Origin: Vicugna vicugna
Lineage: Eukaryota
Assembly: GCA_013265495.1 (NCBI GenBank)
Contig: MU058289.1
Coordinates: forward strand, 1,919,451-1,983,450
DNA length: 64,000 nt
Direction of reading: 5' to 3'
The translations under genes were made by a program, and so were the position numbers. Numbering within the stretch: the stretch's first letter is position 1; the number at the start of each line of letters is the position of its first letter. This document shows, one piece after another, positions 35,801 to 49,298 of the stretch. The notes under the pieces were generated by a model. The model saw only the letters and a program-made list of their open reading frames with translations. It made no database searches and was not told the origin of the DNA.

Positions 35801-36230
35801 ACGAGCTAAAGAACATAAAGGGCAGGGGAGGACAGGGCCACGTCGGGGTGAGGGGCGCGGTGCTGGACCAGCAGTTAGGCCCTGGCGGGAAACAGTGGTT
35901 TCTCTCCAGAAACCTCATTTCTGTAGTCACACCCGTTCCAGATCTGCGTCCCAGTGGTGAATGCCCAGCCCAGATTATTGGAGAGGGGAAGGGATGTAGC
36001 CAGGGAACAGGTAGGACAGAGGTAGAACAGGTAGAAACTAGATGACAACACCACAGGAACACTGGGTATGAGAGCTGGAAGGAAATGTCAGCATTTGGAC
36101 CTTTTTCCTGGAGATGTTCTCTCTGTTTCCTGACAGAATTTAGTCCACAGCAGGGGCTATGGCTTCAGCCTATTAGTAAACCTTTACTGACCTCCCTTTC
36201 ACTTCCTTTTATAGTACATCCACCTACCTA

Positions 36231-36445
36231 TCCATCCATCCATCCATCCATCCATCCATCCATCCATCCATCCATCTGTTGGTCCATATACCCACCTACC
36301 CATTTGTCCATCTAGCCATTGATCCATCCATCAATCCATCAGTCCATCTCTCCCCCTTCCCTCCCTCCCTCCCTTTCTTTCTTCCCTATTCCCTTCTCCC
36401 TCCCTCCCTTTCTTCATCTGTTCTTCTATCCATCCTTCTGTCCAT
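36231..36445. repeat. (TCCA)11 microsatellite with degenerate TCCA/CCCT pyrimidine-rich extension
   Basis: Perfect TCCA x11 at 36231-36274, followed by degenerate copies and a CCCT/CTTT tract. Confidence 0.9.
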
Positions 36446-37204
36446 TCAACAGACTAGACAGTCGTGAGCTGGCTCAGGGCGCCCTCTGCTGGTGGCAAGG
36501 CAAATGCACACCTCTAAAGGCAACATGGGGCTCTAAGGACCTTGGAACTGGGCTTCTAGGGGTGTTCACAGGACACCCAGGAACCTAAGAACCTAAGAAC
36601 TCCTAAGGGACCACCAGTCTTTCTGTCAGCCTCCATCACCCCCCTACAAAATTTTCATTCTTGGATATATGGACTTTGGGTTTCCTGTTGCTACAGACCA
36701 GTCACATCTGGGACAAATGACCTTGAGCCTGGGGATGGCCACATACGCAGGCCAGGGACAGGCAGAACATGTCTGGTCAGACTGAGCTTCAGCCAGCCTG
36801 GCTCAGGCCAATTTCGGGCACCATTCCTTCCTGCGTCCAGGCTGACTCTGAGCACAGCAATGACGGGCATGGCCATTCCCGTGGAGGGCTCCCACACACC
36901 TGGCCCCAGCTCCCGGGCGAGATGGCCCCTACAGGGGGAAAGGAACTGAGAGGTCCCTGCCCTGGGAAGCTCCTGCACTGCACACCTTCGCCTGCCCAGC
37001 TCCCTGCCGGCTGCATCCTCGTGGCCTTGGAGTGGACACGTGCCCTAGCGCTCATCACTGGGGTGGATGCTGCAGTCACCACGGGAGCCCCAGAGGGTTA
37101 AAGGAAGGAAAAGGGCTGCCCCCTGCAGCATGCAGACGCCAGGCTTGGAGGCAGAGCTTCGGCTGTGCATGACTTTGGCTGGTGAATAGCAGCCAATGGG
37201 ACGG

Positions 37205-37345
37205 AGTGTAGTGTGTATGTCTGGGTGTATGTTATGTGTGATGTGAGTATGTGTGGTGGGGTATGAGTGTGATATTCGGTGTGTATGATGTGTGATGTGG
37301 TGTGTATGTTGTGTGTGTGTGTGTGTGTGTGTTTGTGTGCACATA
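37205..37345. repeat. TG-rich low-complexity tract with a pure (TG)n core
   Basis: Degenerate tgtg/tatg/tgatg units; pure TG run at about 37310-37332. Confidence 0.9.
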
Positions 37346-39387
37346 TGGGTGTGAGGTCCCTCCCTGCCCCTCCCAAGGCACCTGGAAGCCCAGGGCCTTT
37401 CCCTCCTCTGACAGGTTCTCTAGTCGAGAAGGTCTGGCTGGGAGCTTCTGCCCCTCCGAGGGGTAAGTCCCAGCTTCCACGGGGCAGGGCCACTGAGGCA
37501 GACAGGAGGACGGCCCCGCCTCCCAAACGCCACAGGTTTGAAGGTCCCACAGTGGGGAAGCCGGAGCCCAAGTGTCTCCTGGTGGCCCTAAGCCTTCCCA
37601 TTGTCATCCGGCAGCTGACATGCTGAGTGTGTGGCCACAGCGGTGGCACTGTCACAACACAGGCTGGTGGCCTCCCTGGTGGCTTGAGGGCTGTTTACAG
37701 GAGCCGGTCACACGCCGTGTAAAGCCTGGGCTTGCTGTGAACGGTTCCGGTTTCACTGCAAGAGTTTCTTTGTTTCTTGTAACTCAAAATAAATTGCTCC
37801 GGGCCCCATTCGGCTGGCGGGAGGGTCAGGCTCAGCCACGTCTGGCCGCCTTTCTTCCTTGCCAGGGTCCTGAGAAGACCTCCAGCCTAGACAGTCTGGG
37901 GTGTCCTCCTTGGTCAATGCAGGGAGGTGGAGGCCCAGTCCTCAGGCAATGTCCAGTCTCCCCTGGTCCCTCATCGTCCTGCCACCTCCCTGAGCCGAAC
38001 CCCAAACACCTGTCTCTTCCTAGCCTTGAGCAAACTCCCATTCGTCTCAGCTTTGGACATTGAATCTGCTCACATCTTTCAAAGACACCCCCCGTCCCTT
38101 TCCCCTAGAACAATTCCTCAGTGAGTGCAGACTTTCCAGAACAGAAGCTAGAAGTAGGGGGGCGTCATCTCAGATACAAATCCACTCCCCCACAAGGACA
38201 CAGAGAGACCTCAGGAGGAAAAATTCAACCAGAACTAAACACGAATTACTATCACCATGGATTATTGTGCAGCAACAGCACAGCCCCTTCCCGCCTGCCC
38301 TGCAGCACCCCCCCCCATTACAGACACAGGGCTCCACCCCCAGGCCTGGGTCTCCCCAGAAGCCTTTCTTTATTTCCTGGGGAGAGTCCTTGCTCTGATC
38401 CTGCTCCTCCAGTCTCAGGCCCCCCACCCGCTCCCGGCTGACAGAAGGCATTTGCCTTATATCAAGGGAAGTGTAAACAGTTTTAAAAAACATTTTAGCA
38501 GCTTCAGCAACAGTTTGGAAAACATGCATTATTTTGGAGGTGTCAGACGCCTGCCCTGTCTCTGGCTCTAGAGTGTCACACCCATGACATCACTAGTAGG
38601 AGAGGGGGCCTGGCAGGCATGGCGGTTCCAGGCCCTGGGAACAAAACCTGGGGTCCGGAGCCCACCGTCACACAGAGAAAGACCTGGGAGCCTCCTCCCT
38701 CTATCCGAGTAGCAACAGGGATTCAGGATTCTATGGCAGCCCCACGGGCCCCTCCCGCAGACCCTGTCTCACCCCGTCTCAAGCCCCAGGTGGCTGTAGC
38801 CCCTCCCCACCGGGTTCAAGGGCTTGAGAGCTGTCTGTGCTGCTTCCGCACTGTCCCCTGCAGGCCAGGGGCTTCTGGGTGAACACAGTGGACTGAACAC
38901 ATCCATCTATCTCATCTTCCTCCCAAGATCCTTGTGTAATGACAGCCAAGGAATAAAGCAGATAGAGGAGCAGAGACCTGAAGCAGGGACCTGGAGGAGG
39001 GTCAGCAGCAGATGCCAGATTTCAACACATTTTTGGAAGCTGGGAAGTGGATGGAGGGTGATGACAGATGCTACAGGGTGAAGCAGCCGTGTAGCCAAGC
39101 CCGCAGAGGCAAGTACGGTGGACTGATCTGCCTCACTGATTCCAGAGGGGCTTGGGACGTGGAAAACCCCAGCTGCCAGGGCTGACGTGTGGGCCTAGCC
39201 AACCGTCCCTTCATCACCACCTGCACCCCCGATCCACCCAGCACGGGATGGAAGATTTCCCCTCCCATGAAAGTGCTAAGGCCTTGGGGACTCCAGGTGG
39301 GGAGGGGAGCAGGGCTGCTCTGGAGCGAGGATGAACTGCAGGTACCGGAGGCCTCCCTGCAGGCTAGAGACAGCAGATCTCGCTGAG

Positions 39388-39708
39388 ACCCGAAATCCAT
39401 CTGTTGAAGTCCTATCCCTCAGTAGCTCCAAATGCAACTGAAGATGAGGTCTTTAAAGAGGCAGTGAAGTTACAATGAGGTTCTAATCCAACAAAACTGG
39501 TGTCCCTGTAAGAAGAAGAGATTCAGACAGAGCTAAAGACAGACCATGTGAAGACGCAGGGAGAAGACGGCCACCTGTAAGCCAAGGAGAGAGGCCTCAG
39601 AAGAATGCGACCGTGCCAACACCTCGATCTTGGATGTCTAGCCTCCAGGACTGTGACAGAATACCCTGCAGTCTGTGGTAGTCTGTGGCAGCCCTAGCAG
39701 ACTGACAT
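39388..39708 (+). mobile_element. MLT1A/B-like MaLR LTR
   Basis: tgttgaagtccta...ggtctttaaagagg...ccatgtgaagac...aagccaaggagagaggcctcagaaga...cacctcgatcttgga...gcctccag.actgtga...gcagccctagcagact. Confidence 0.85.
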
Positions 39709-39959
39709 TCTCCCTTGGAAGTCTCCGGCTGGAAGGCTGACGCCTCCCCACACACCATGCAGGAAAGCCTTGCCCCCGACCTTACGTCAAACAATCAGGT
39801 GTTTGGTGCCCTGCTGTCAACTATGGATCGATATCTTAGGATTGCCAAGCATCGGAGGACTGCCCCCAACACAAGAGAGACCAGAAGAAGCACACAGGAA
39901 AAGATGACCCCAGAGGAAACAGAAATAATTCATAAACTAGACAAAAATTGCAAACACTT

Positions 39960-40140
39960 TAAATGTAAATCAGTGGGGAGCTGTTTAAACAAACCGACGG
40001 TACATCTTTACAATGAATACCGTAAGGTTGTCGAGAAGGACAAAAATAATCTTTATGTGTCTGTGTGGAAAGAAGTCCATCCAGTAGCACTAGGTGAGAG
40101 AAAACAGATTACAGTGTGTGGGGTGTGATTGTGTTTATGC
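39960..40140 (+). mobile_element. Old L1ME-like 3' fragment
   Basis: ttaaacaaaccgacggtacatctttacaatgaatac...tggaaagaagtcca...ggtgagagaaaacagattac. Confidence 0.5.
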
Positions 40141-40354
40141 AGATTACATGTGTCTAAGAAGGGCCTGGCAGAGGGTGGTAGGCAGGCCTGCAGTGCATGT
40201 GTGTTGAGAATACCTTCCAAATGGACTCACATATGTGTCGGTAGACAATCTCTATGGCCTGCCTGACTTGCGTGCTTGCCCAGGTACCTCTGGACCCATG
40301 GAACCACTTCTGTTTGACCTGGAAGGCCAGGAACTCATACACCTGCCTGAAGAG

Positions 40355-40425
40355 GTCAGCATGAAGCCAGGCACACAGCAGACGCTCAATGACTGCTTGC
40401 TGGATAAACAGATGGATGGATGGGA
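40355..40425 (+). mobile_element. L2 3' terminus
   Basis: gccaggcacacagcagacgctcaatgactgcttgctggat followed by (gatg)n. Confidence 0.55.
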
Positions 40426-41639
40426 GGATGGGTGGCTGGTTGGATGTGATCACATGATCACGCTGGGAGCTGGATGACGACCAAGACCAACCAACTCAGC
40501 AAGGAGATGCGGGGTATCCTTGGCGCTGAGCCGTCTGCCCGTTGAAGACCTGCACATCTCCAGGGCTCCTGTCACCTCCTGCCTGAGCAGACACTGATGC
40601 CCGGAACAGAGACTGAACCTGTTGAGTTGCCGAGGCAACCAGAAGCATGCTGGGATGCAGAGCTGCCAGTCCCAGGAAGTCTTATCTTCCATTTCCTAAA
40701 TCACAGCCCTATCAGCACTACCTTGAGACCAGACCCTATCAACTCAGAAACCAGCCCTGGGTCTGCTTTCCCTCCCTGACCTCAGTTCCAGGAGAAGCTA
40801 CAAGACCCCCGCCAAGACCCACTATGTTCCCCACCTCGGGAATGGGGGTCTAAGTCCCCGCTCCCGAAGGGGCTCAGATCACGCAGGGGACAGGGCATAG
40901 CCAGGCAGCGGGTTGGGAGCTTTGAGCCATTCGCAGCATACCCGTGGCCTGGACCAAACAGCAGCCCCGGGAGAGTGGGGAAGGGGAGGACCAGGGTGCA
41001 GAGCAAGGGAGGGACTTGTTCAAGGGCAGGGCTGGAGTTTTTTACTGGCTGGAGAAGAGAGGCAGTTCAGATGGCAACAGGGCAAACATGAAAACAGCAG
41101 GGTGAGCATTCTGGACGAGCCCCATCTAGAGGGAAGCGGGAGTGTGCGAGAAGGTGACAGCTGGTAGCCTTGGTGCTGGGGTGAGGGGGCTGTGGAGGGA
41201 GGGGCTGGCTGGGTGCAGGGCGGGTGGAGTGGGGTGGCTGTGTTGATGACAGTGCTGTGTGTCAGTAGGCTGTGCCATCCCCCTGATGGGCAAGGCTGCT
41301 CTGTGAAGCTGGAGCTGAAGTTCCGAGGCTTGGGTCAGTGTGAGCAAGTCTGGTGTCAGGATCCCACACCCAGTGGGATGGGGAAGGAGGGGCTGAAGCA
41401 GGGGCTTAAGGAGGACAGAGGGAGGGCCACCCCCAGCTGGGTCAGGACTCAGAGTAGAAGAGGGAGAGGACGAAAGAGCTGTCAGGAGCTGGAAGGACCC
41501 AAGCCTGGGCATCGTTATCTGATGACAGAGATGTTTGCCTGTGCCCCCCGATGAGGTCCAGAAGCAGCCCTCCTCTCTCTCGGGCTTACTGGGCCATTAA
41601 AGTCTCCTAAACGTGTCTCAGCCTGCCACATGTCCAGCG

Positions 41640-42117
41640 TGTCTCGGCCTCCAAGTGCATTCACACCACCTGGGAATCTTATCACTCTGCAGACTCTAAT
41701 TCAGGACATCTGGGGGCAGGTCTCAGAGTCTGAGGTTTTAGGAAGCTCCCAAGTGTTGCAGATGGTGCCAGTCGGTCCACAGGCCACATTTTAAGTAGCA
41801 TGATTCACATTATGAACGCTTGCTGTTAGAAATGCAGAATCTTGGGCCCACTCAGACCCTCAGAATCAGAATCTGCATTTTAACAGGTTGTCCAAGCGAT
41901 GAGGAGATACATTAAAATCTGAGAAACACTATTCTTAATCCAATGGCTTTCAGAATTGCTTGCAGAGTGGAGTCGCCTGGGGAGCTCTATAAACTTCTGC
42001 CGCCTGGGTCTCTTCTCCAGAGATTTGGATTTGATTGGTCTAGCGGGCAGTTTGGACTTCAGGATTTTAAAACGTCCGCAGGTATTTCTAACATGCACTC
42101 TGGGCTGAGAACTGTTA
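41640..42117. mobile_element. Cluster of three MER5-like (hAT-Charlie) elements
   Basis: 41640-41800: cacctgggaatctt..tgcagactctaattcag..aagctcccaagtg. 41820-41930: ttagaaatgcagaatcttgggccc..gaatcagaatctgcattttaacag..tgagaaacact. 41941-42117: cctggggagct..ccagagatt..attggtct..ttctaacatgca..gctgagaac. Confidence 0.7.
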
Positions 42118-43140
42118 TTTCTAAGTAGTGGCTGCCCCTTCCAGTACCAGGTAGAGGGTGCTGGGTAACTGCAAGGCCTGGCATTCAGGCTGCTCTGGCC
42201 CAGCCCTGCACTCCTCAGCCAGGCTCTGTCCGGGACCTGAAGCTCAAAAGCCCAGGTAGATTCAAAACCCCCATCCCAGCCTCTCCAGCAGTCACAACTT
42301 GAAATGCTCGGGTTTTGCCTGGTAGCTCCATGCCTCGAGGAACGGCGACCCTCGGAGGGAAACGGGGAGGGGAGGCAGTGGCCTCACCAGAGCAACTGCC
42401 TGTGACCCGGTGGCATTTGAGGCAGCACCTCAATGACGGCTGAGGGGGAGCCTACTGCTTCTTTACTGCTAACAGGATGCCAAGGCCGCCCCGAGCAGCG
42501 GTGCCTGCCCGGGCGACCAAGCCTCGTTCCTCTGCTAGGAGAGCAGATACCAGAAGACGCGGTACCTCCACAGACCCCTGTGGACTGGGAGAAGCCACGA
42601 GTGGCAAGTGGAACCTCATTTCGCCCACCCACTGAACTACACTGGTTCTTGAAATGGCAGTGAGCATGGCTGGGCGACAGATCCCTCTCATGCGTCAGGG
42701 ATGGAGGGGCCTGTGCCAGGTGATGCTGGGGTTACCTATGGCAGGTAGAGGATGTGAGTGCCAGAAACCCCAAGGCTGGGCTCAGGGCCTCATCACTGAT
42801 GCCTGGCTGCTGTCCACGGGGTGAGAGGGCCCACACTGGATGGCCAGTCTCCATCTACATTGTATCTGAAGGAGTCATGAGCTAAGCCTTTTATAGCATG
42901 TCCCTCTAAACAAGGGTGGACAGATGGCGGGGAGAGAGGTGGACATACAGACAGGCAGGGTGGAAGGGCAGAGGGTGACCGGCAGCAATCAGGCAGGGTC
43001 CCAGCACCCTAGCTGGGATGGGGGGTGTCCTTGTCCTAAGACGAGTAGGGCAAGGAGCCCCCTCTCCAGTTCTTGGCTCAGGGCTGCCCCGACTCAGAGT
43101 GAGGTATTTCCACTCAGGCTCCCATTGGACAGTCTGCTGC

Positions 43141-43627
43141 TGTGGAGCAAGGCCTAAAATTAAGGCCCAGTATCGTGTGCTGCCTTGACACCTGGCGAAA
43201 TCGAGAGGGCCTCCCGTGGCCCAACTGCAAGCCCCCTTCCCATCTGCTCCGGCAGATGAGGTCCCCTGGCCGAACAACCCAGCTGTCGGGGGTCCAAGCA
43301 CAGTTCCGGCTCACCCCGAGTAGCAGGTTTCAGTGCCCTACCAGCCCATGAAATTATTCAAATGAGCCAATGACACCCTCCTGTGAGAATCAGGGGGCCC
43401 CTTACCCTCCTGATACAACGAGCCTGCCTCCCATAGCCTCTGCTTGTTCCCTCTCCATGTGACCCTAGGGGAATGGCATGTGGTGTCCGCCTCCCCCAGG
43501 CTGTGGGTACATGTGACTAGTCAAAGGCTGTTGAGTTCAGCTGTCTAGTGTTGAGGGTTGGCCACTTCCATAATCACAGGTTGGGAATCCCTTCTTACCA
43601 ACGAGGTCAATAGGAGGTAATTAAACA
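43141..43627 (+). mobile_element. ERVL LTR, MER54/MER74-like
   Basis: Starts tgtggagcaaggcctaaaattaaggccca..gtgctgccttgaca; contains attattcaaatgagccaat; ends aataggaggtaattaaaca. Confidence 0.7.
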
Positions 43628-44204
43628 GGCGCCCGGCTCTAGGAGTGGGGCTACACTGAGAGGGGCCGGTGCAGAGACTCAGAAGTTACATATTCTGCTT
43701 CCAAGGGTTAGCTGCATTTAAAAATAAAGTCCAACGTTTATTACTATCCCTATGTTCCTCCCTAACATGATAAGGATCCTAGAATTCTTAACTCCAATTA
43801 CTGTCTCCCATATAAACTTCCATGTTATTGCAGTTCCTAAACCCCTGCATAATGAGTGTTTATTATTATTTTTAAAGTAAATATTTAATTACATTTATCT
43901 ACATACCTACAACTTATTTCCTTACCACCATTTCTTGCATCCCATTCTTTCTGGCTAAATTTCCTTCTTACAGAATTATATCTACAGGGTGGTTTGTCAC
44001 CAAAATAAAGCCACTTCTGGGAGTTGGGGGAGCACAGATAATAATTATACCAGGCCATAGGTATAAACTCGGACTCTCCCAAGCAAACTGGAACAACGGG
44101 CAGAGGGCTTGATGCCTTCTATGGGTGCTATTTCCACATAGATTACAGCACTTTAGTCAGGCCAGAGACCTGCGCCCTCCTGTCTATGCAGACATTGAGA
44201 CCCC

Positions 44205-47200
44205 AGGATGGAGGTGGGTGTCTGGAATGGCTGAGTGAGGAGCTCGGCAAAGTCCTTCCCCAAAGAAAATGACATAACAGGAAAAAAAAAATCAAAACAA
44301 CCACTTAAGAACACTGGAAAATTGACCAAAGATATACAACATATTAGGAAGCAATTATTCAAGAAATTCTACTGAATCGTAGGAAGAACAATGCAAACCC
44401 ACAGTATTTCAGCCTGGGGCTACTCCCATCACCCTCACCCAGTTTCCTGGTGGTTGAAGTCCTACCACGGTAGAGACGGCCATGAAGAGGAAGCATTTCC
44501 ATGCTCAGGAATGTTGCTGAAAGAAATAACTCCAAATTCCCAGCTAGCTCAAAGTGTGATACAGGGGAGGGGAAGGAATAGCCCGGCAGACCATACAGAA
44601 AGTTAAAGTGAGATCTAAAATGAGACAACTAAAGTGGACTACAGATAAGGCAGTGCTCAGAAGGAAATTTATAACAGTAATATCTACATTAGGAAACAAG
44701 GGTCTCAAGCCAGCGACCTAAACTTCTGCCTTAAGAAACTAGAAAAACAACTTAAAGTCAAAGAAAGAAAAAAAGGCAATAATAAAATACTAGAGTAGAA
44801 ATCAATGAAATAGAAAACAGGGGAAAAAAAGACAAAAACAGTGAAACTAAAGGTTGGTTCTTTTAAAAGATCAACAAGATGGACAATCAGGAACAAAAGA
44901 GGAGACGTCACTAAAGAATATATAAAAATACTATCAACATTTTTATACCAACAAATGAGGCTTCAATGAAATGAACAAAGCCCTAGAAAGACATAAGTTA
45001 CTGAAGCTAACTCAAGAAGAAATGGAAAATCTGAATAGATCTGGAGTAAAGAAACTGAGTTTGTAATTTAAAAATCTTCCCACGAAGAAAAGTCCAGCTC
45101 CATATGGCTTCATTAGCAAATTCTACTAAACATTTTAAAAAGAAATAATGCCAATCCTTCACAAACTCTTCCAGAAAGATAGAGGAAACAGTTCCCAACT
45201 CATTCTAAGACCTATATTAATCTGACACCAAAGTTAGATGAAAACATCACAAGAAAACTACAGACAACTATCCTTCAAAAAATTCCACACCATAACTTTA
45301 CCAAAATGAATTCAGCAACCCATGAAAAATAGTATACACCATGAGCAAGAAGGATTTACCTCAAGCATGCAAGGTTGAAGTATTAGTGTAATACACCATA
45401 TTTACAGAATAAAGGATAAAACAATATACACATCTTGATAGATATAGAACAAGCACTTGAAAAAAATCCAACACCCATTCATGGTAAAAAAAAATTTTTT
45501 TTCCCCAACAAACTAGCAATAGAAGAAAATGTCCTCAGACTGGTAAAGGTCAAAAATCCTACGGCTACCATTATACTTAATGATCAAAGATTGAATGCTT
45601 TCCCTCTAAGATTAGGAATAAGGCAAGGATGTCTACTCTCACTACTTCTATTTCATATTGGAGTAGAGGTTCTAGTCCGTGTAATCAGGCATAAAAAAAG
45701 GCACTGAGATTGGAAATTAAGTAAAACTCTCTTTATTTGCAAACAACATGATCCTGTACTTAGCAAATCCTAGGGAATTTACAAAAAGAACTACTAGAAC
45801 TAATCAACAGGTCGCAGGGTACAAGATCAACATAGAAAAACCAATTGTATTTCTACATATTAGTGATTAACAATCCAGAAATGAAATTAAGAAAACCAAT
45901 TTCATTCACTATAGCATCAAAAAAGATAAAAAACTGAGGAATAAATTTAACAAAAGAGGGGTAAGACTTGTACACTGAAAGCTATAAAATATTACCAATA
46001 GGAACCAAAGAAGACCTAAATAAATGGAGAGGCATTCCATGTTCATAGATTGGAAAACTCAATCGTTAAGGGTGCAGTTCTTCCCAAGTTGATTGTTGGA
46101 TTCAGTGCAAATGCCTATCAAAATCCCAGTGGCTCTTTGTTGGCAGAAATTGACTGATCCTAAAATTTACCTGGAAACTTACATGATCTTTACAAAGACT
46201 CAGAATAACCAAAACAACCTTAAAAAAAAAGAGCAAAGCTGAAGGACTTATACTTAATAATTGCACAACTTATTATAAACCTATAGTAATCAAGACATTG
46301 TTCTGTTGGCGTAAGGATCAACAAATAGACGAATGTAATAGAATTAAGACACCAGGAACAAACCCTTACATTTCAAGCCAATTTATTTCGACTAAAATGA
46401 TAAGGCAATTCAATGGGGAAACGATAGCCTTCTAGAAGCAGTGCTGGGATAATTGGATATCCACATGCAAAAGGCCATTATCTCACATGAAACACAAAAA
46501 TTAATCTATAATGAATCATGGACATAGATCTAAGAGCTATAACTTTTAAAGGAAAACATAGGAGAAAATCTTTATAACTTTCAGTTCGGCAAAGATTTCT
46601 TAGATACAGTTTGAAAAGCATGATCCATAAAAGAAAAAAAATGAATTGCACTTCTTCAAATTTAAAGGCTTTTGCACTTCAAAAGACACCATTAAGAAAA
46701 TAAAAAGAAAAACCACAGATGGGAGAAATTTGCAAACCTGATAAGTACTTGTAGCTAGAAAACAAAGAATAACAACTCAATAAAAAGACAAATAACTCAA
46801 TTTAAAAGATGGGCAAAAGATTTGAAAAGATATTTCACTAAAGAAGATATTCGAACAGCTAATAAGCACATGAAAATATGCTCAATATCATTAGTCATTA
46901 GAGAATGCAAATTAAAATCACAGTGAGGTACCACTTCACCCTCACTAGAATGGCTATAATTAAAAAAATAGATAACAACAAATGTTGACGAGAATGTGGA
47001 GAAATTGGAACCCTCATACACTGTTGGTGGGATAAAATAATGTAGCCATTTTGGCAACAGTTCGTTTAAAAATTCAACATAAATTTACTATACAGCCTAG
47101 GAATTCTACTCCTAAATATCTACCCAAGAGAAATGAAAACATACATTCACACAAAGACTCGCATGTGAATGTTCGTAGCAGCATTATTCGTAACAGCCAA

Positions 47201-47655
47201 AAAGTATAAACAATTCACATGTCCATCAACTGGTGGATAGAGAAACCAAGAATCCATGCAATGGAATACTACTGAGCAAAAAAGAGGGATGAACCACTCA
47301 TTCAGGCTACCTGATGAATCTCAAAAACATGATGCTAAGTGAAAGAAGCCAGATGTAAAAGACTACATATCATATGATTACATTTATGGGAAATGTTCAG
47401 AAAAGGCAAATCTATAAAAATGGAGAGTAGATTAGCGGTTGCCTGGGGCAACGGGGAATGACTGCAAATGGACCTGAGAGATTTTGGGCTGGAGCCGGGC
47501 TGGAGGGTGGGTGGAAATATCCTAAAATTGGATTGCGGTGATTACACAGCTCTATAAATTTATTAAAAATCACTGAAGTGTACACTTGAAATAGGTGAAT
47601 TTCATGGCATGTAAATTATACCCGAATAAAGCTGTTTTGTAAAAAAAAAAAAAAA
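44205..47655 (+). mobile_element. L1 (L1MB-like): 5' UTR-like segment, decayed ORF2, 3' UTR and poly(A)
   Basis: ORF2 remnants include KAVLRRKFI near 44647 and NPTATIILNDQRLNAFPLRLGIRQGCLLSLLLF in 45435-45707. Also ctctttatttgcaaacaacatgat (the LFADDM region, mutated), AATAAA near 47625 and A15 at 47641-47655. Confidence 0.92.
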
Positions 47656-49119
47656 GCCCTCGCCTCAGGCTCTGTGGCAGGCGTCCCCTGGTGCTCACTG
47701 CTTCTCTCTAATTCCTCTCATTTTCTGCCTCCTGGGAGTCCTCTTTCCTTCTTGAGTTTTAAAGAAGTCATAGGTTCTATTTTACCCGGGGTGGGCAGGT
47801 GTACCAGCTCAGTCAGCTGCACTGTCGGCATTTACTTTCCTGGGATTCTGGCATTTTCTCTTCCCTGAGGAGGGCTGTGTGTTCCCCTCAGTGAAGCGAG
47901 TAGAAGTCATTTAAAAAATCGGCTTGGAGGATGCTCCAACCTGGGTGGGAGCTCTGATCGGCTCCTGCTGTTGGGCCTGTCTCCCCCACCCCTCTCTCTA
48001 GGACACAGGACAGGTCAGATGGGGGTCATGCCATGCCAGTGCCCTTCCTTCCCCTTTCTTTGATCAGCAGGACATCTCAGCATGGTCTCAGCCTCAGACC
48101 CTAATTCACAGGCCCTAAAGTGCAAGAGGAAGCAGACCCAGACATCACCGCTCTCCTAGGACCAGCTTGTTTGGGGAGGAGTCGGGTGGACACCAGGAAC
48201 TCCCCATCACCCTACTCACTATGAGTTCCTTGTGGTCCTGTTCTCTGCAGAATCCCAGTGCCTGGCTGTGTTAGGACTCAGTAAATATTTCTAAGATAAA
48301 CAAGTGAAAGTGGAAAAGTGCCCCCAGCAAGAACCCACCTCCTTCTGGCCTGTGGCCTTCTTGTTCTCACTGACGGTCCTTCCAGTCCCCAACAAGGGGC
48401 AAGGCCCACACACATTTTGCAAGCCCTGTAGATTGTACGTGCTCGACTAGCAGAGTTGGTTTAAGCCCAGAAAATCCTTTAATTACTGCCGCTACTTCTG
48501 GCTGGGCTCTGGGAAGGAACTAATTCGAGCAGCCGTCACTCGACCTGAAATATTATGAATGTAATTTCATTATTTGGTCTGCCCCGGTCGCAGGCAGAGG
48601 GGTTACAATAACTGGTTCTGCTGAGTTCCTGCTGGAATGGCAATTAATTTCTTACCCACTTCAATGGTGACAGACAACCACAGACAACTCCCTTCCGTGG
48701 TAGCAAAGTCTCCTGCCCCGGGCCAGGTCCTGAGGCGCATGTCCCACGCCTGCTCATATCACCTGCAGTTGTGAACGTCAGTGGGCGTTCCAGGCAGCCA
48801 GCCCCAGACTTCAGTGGGAAGTGTTTCCCACATGAGCAGCAAGTCTGAGACACACCCTCTCTTGGTGTTGTGCACGCACACACTCCATACACACGATCGT
48901 GCATGAGAGCCAGACATGCACACAGTCACAGAGGTCCCCGTCCCTTCACCAGCACATGTATGCACAGACCAGAAAGTGTCAGCAACACACAGGAATGAAG
49001 CACACCCCACACATCAGTGTGGCACTGTATGCGGGCCCCCAGGCTGGCCCTCCAATACTGTGTGTCTCAGCTCCGAGTGACTATCAGGATCAGCAGTAAA
49101 ACCCTGTGTTTTGGGGATC

Positions 49120-49298
49120 CAAAGACCCGGGTTCTAACTTAGACACTGCCACTTCCTGGCTGTGTAACCTTGGACAAGTGACTCTGCCTCTCTGGGCTTT
49201 AGTTTCTCTATCTGGAAAATGGAGACAGGGTGCTGTGAGGCTTCAGTGTGCGAAAATTTATAAAGCATGTAAAGTGTGGTGTCTGGTAGACAGTAGGT
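49120..49298 (+). mobile_element. MIR
   Basis: gggttct...ctgccacttcctggctgtgtaaccttggacaagtgac..ctctctggg...tctggaaaatgg. Confidence 0.8.

Noticed and set aside
45435..45707. RT-like ORF as an active gene
   Set aside because: It is a fragment of a decayed L1 ORF2 with stops, frameshifts and a mutated catalytic motif.
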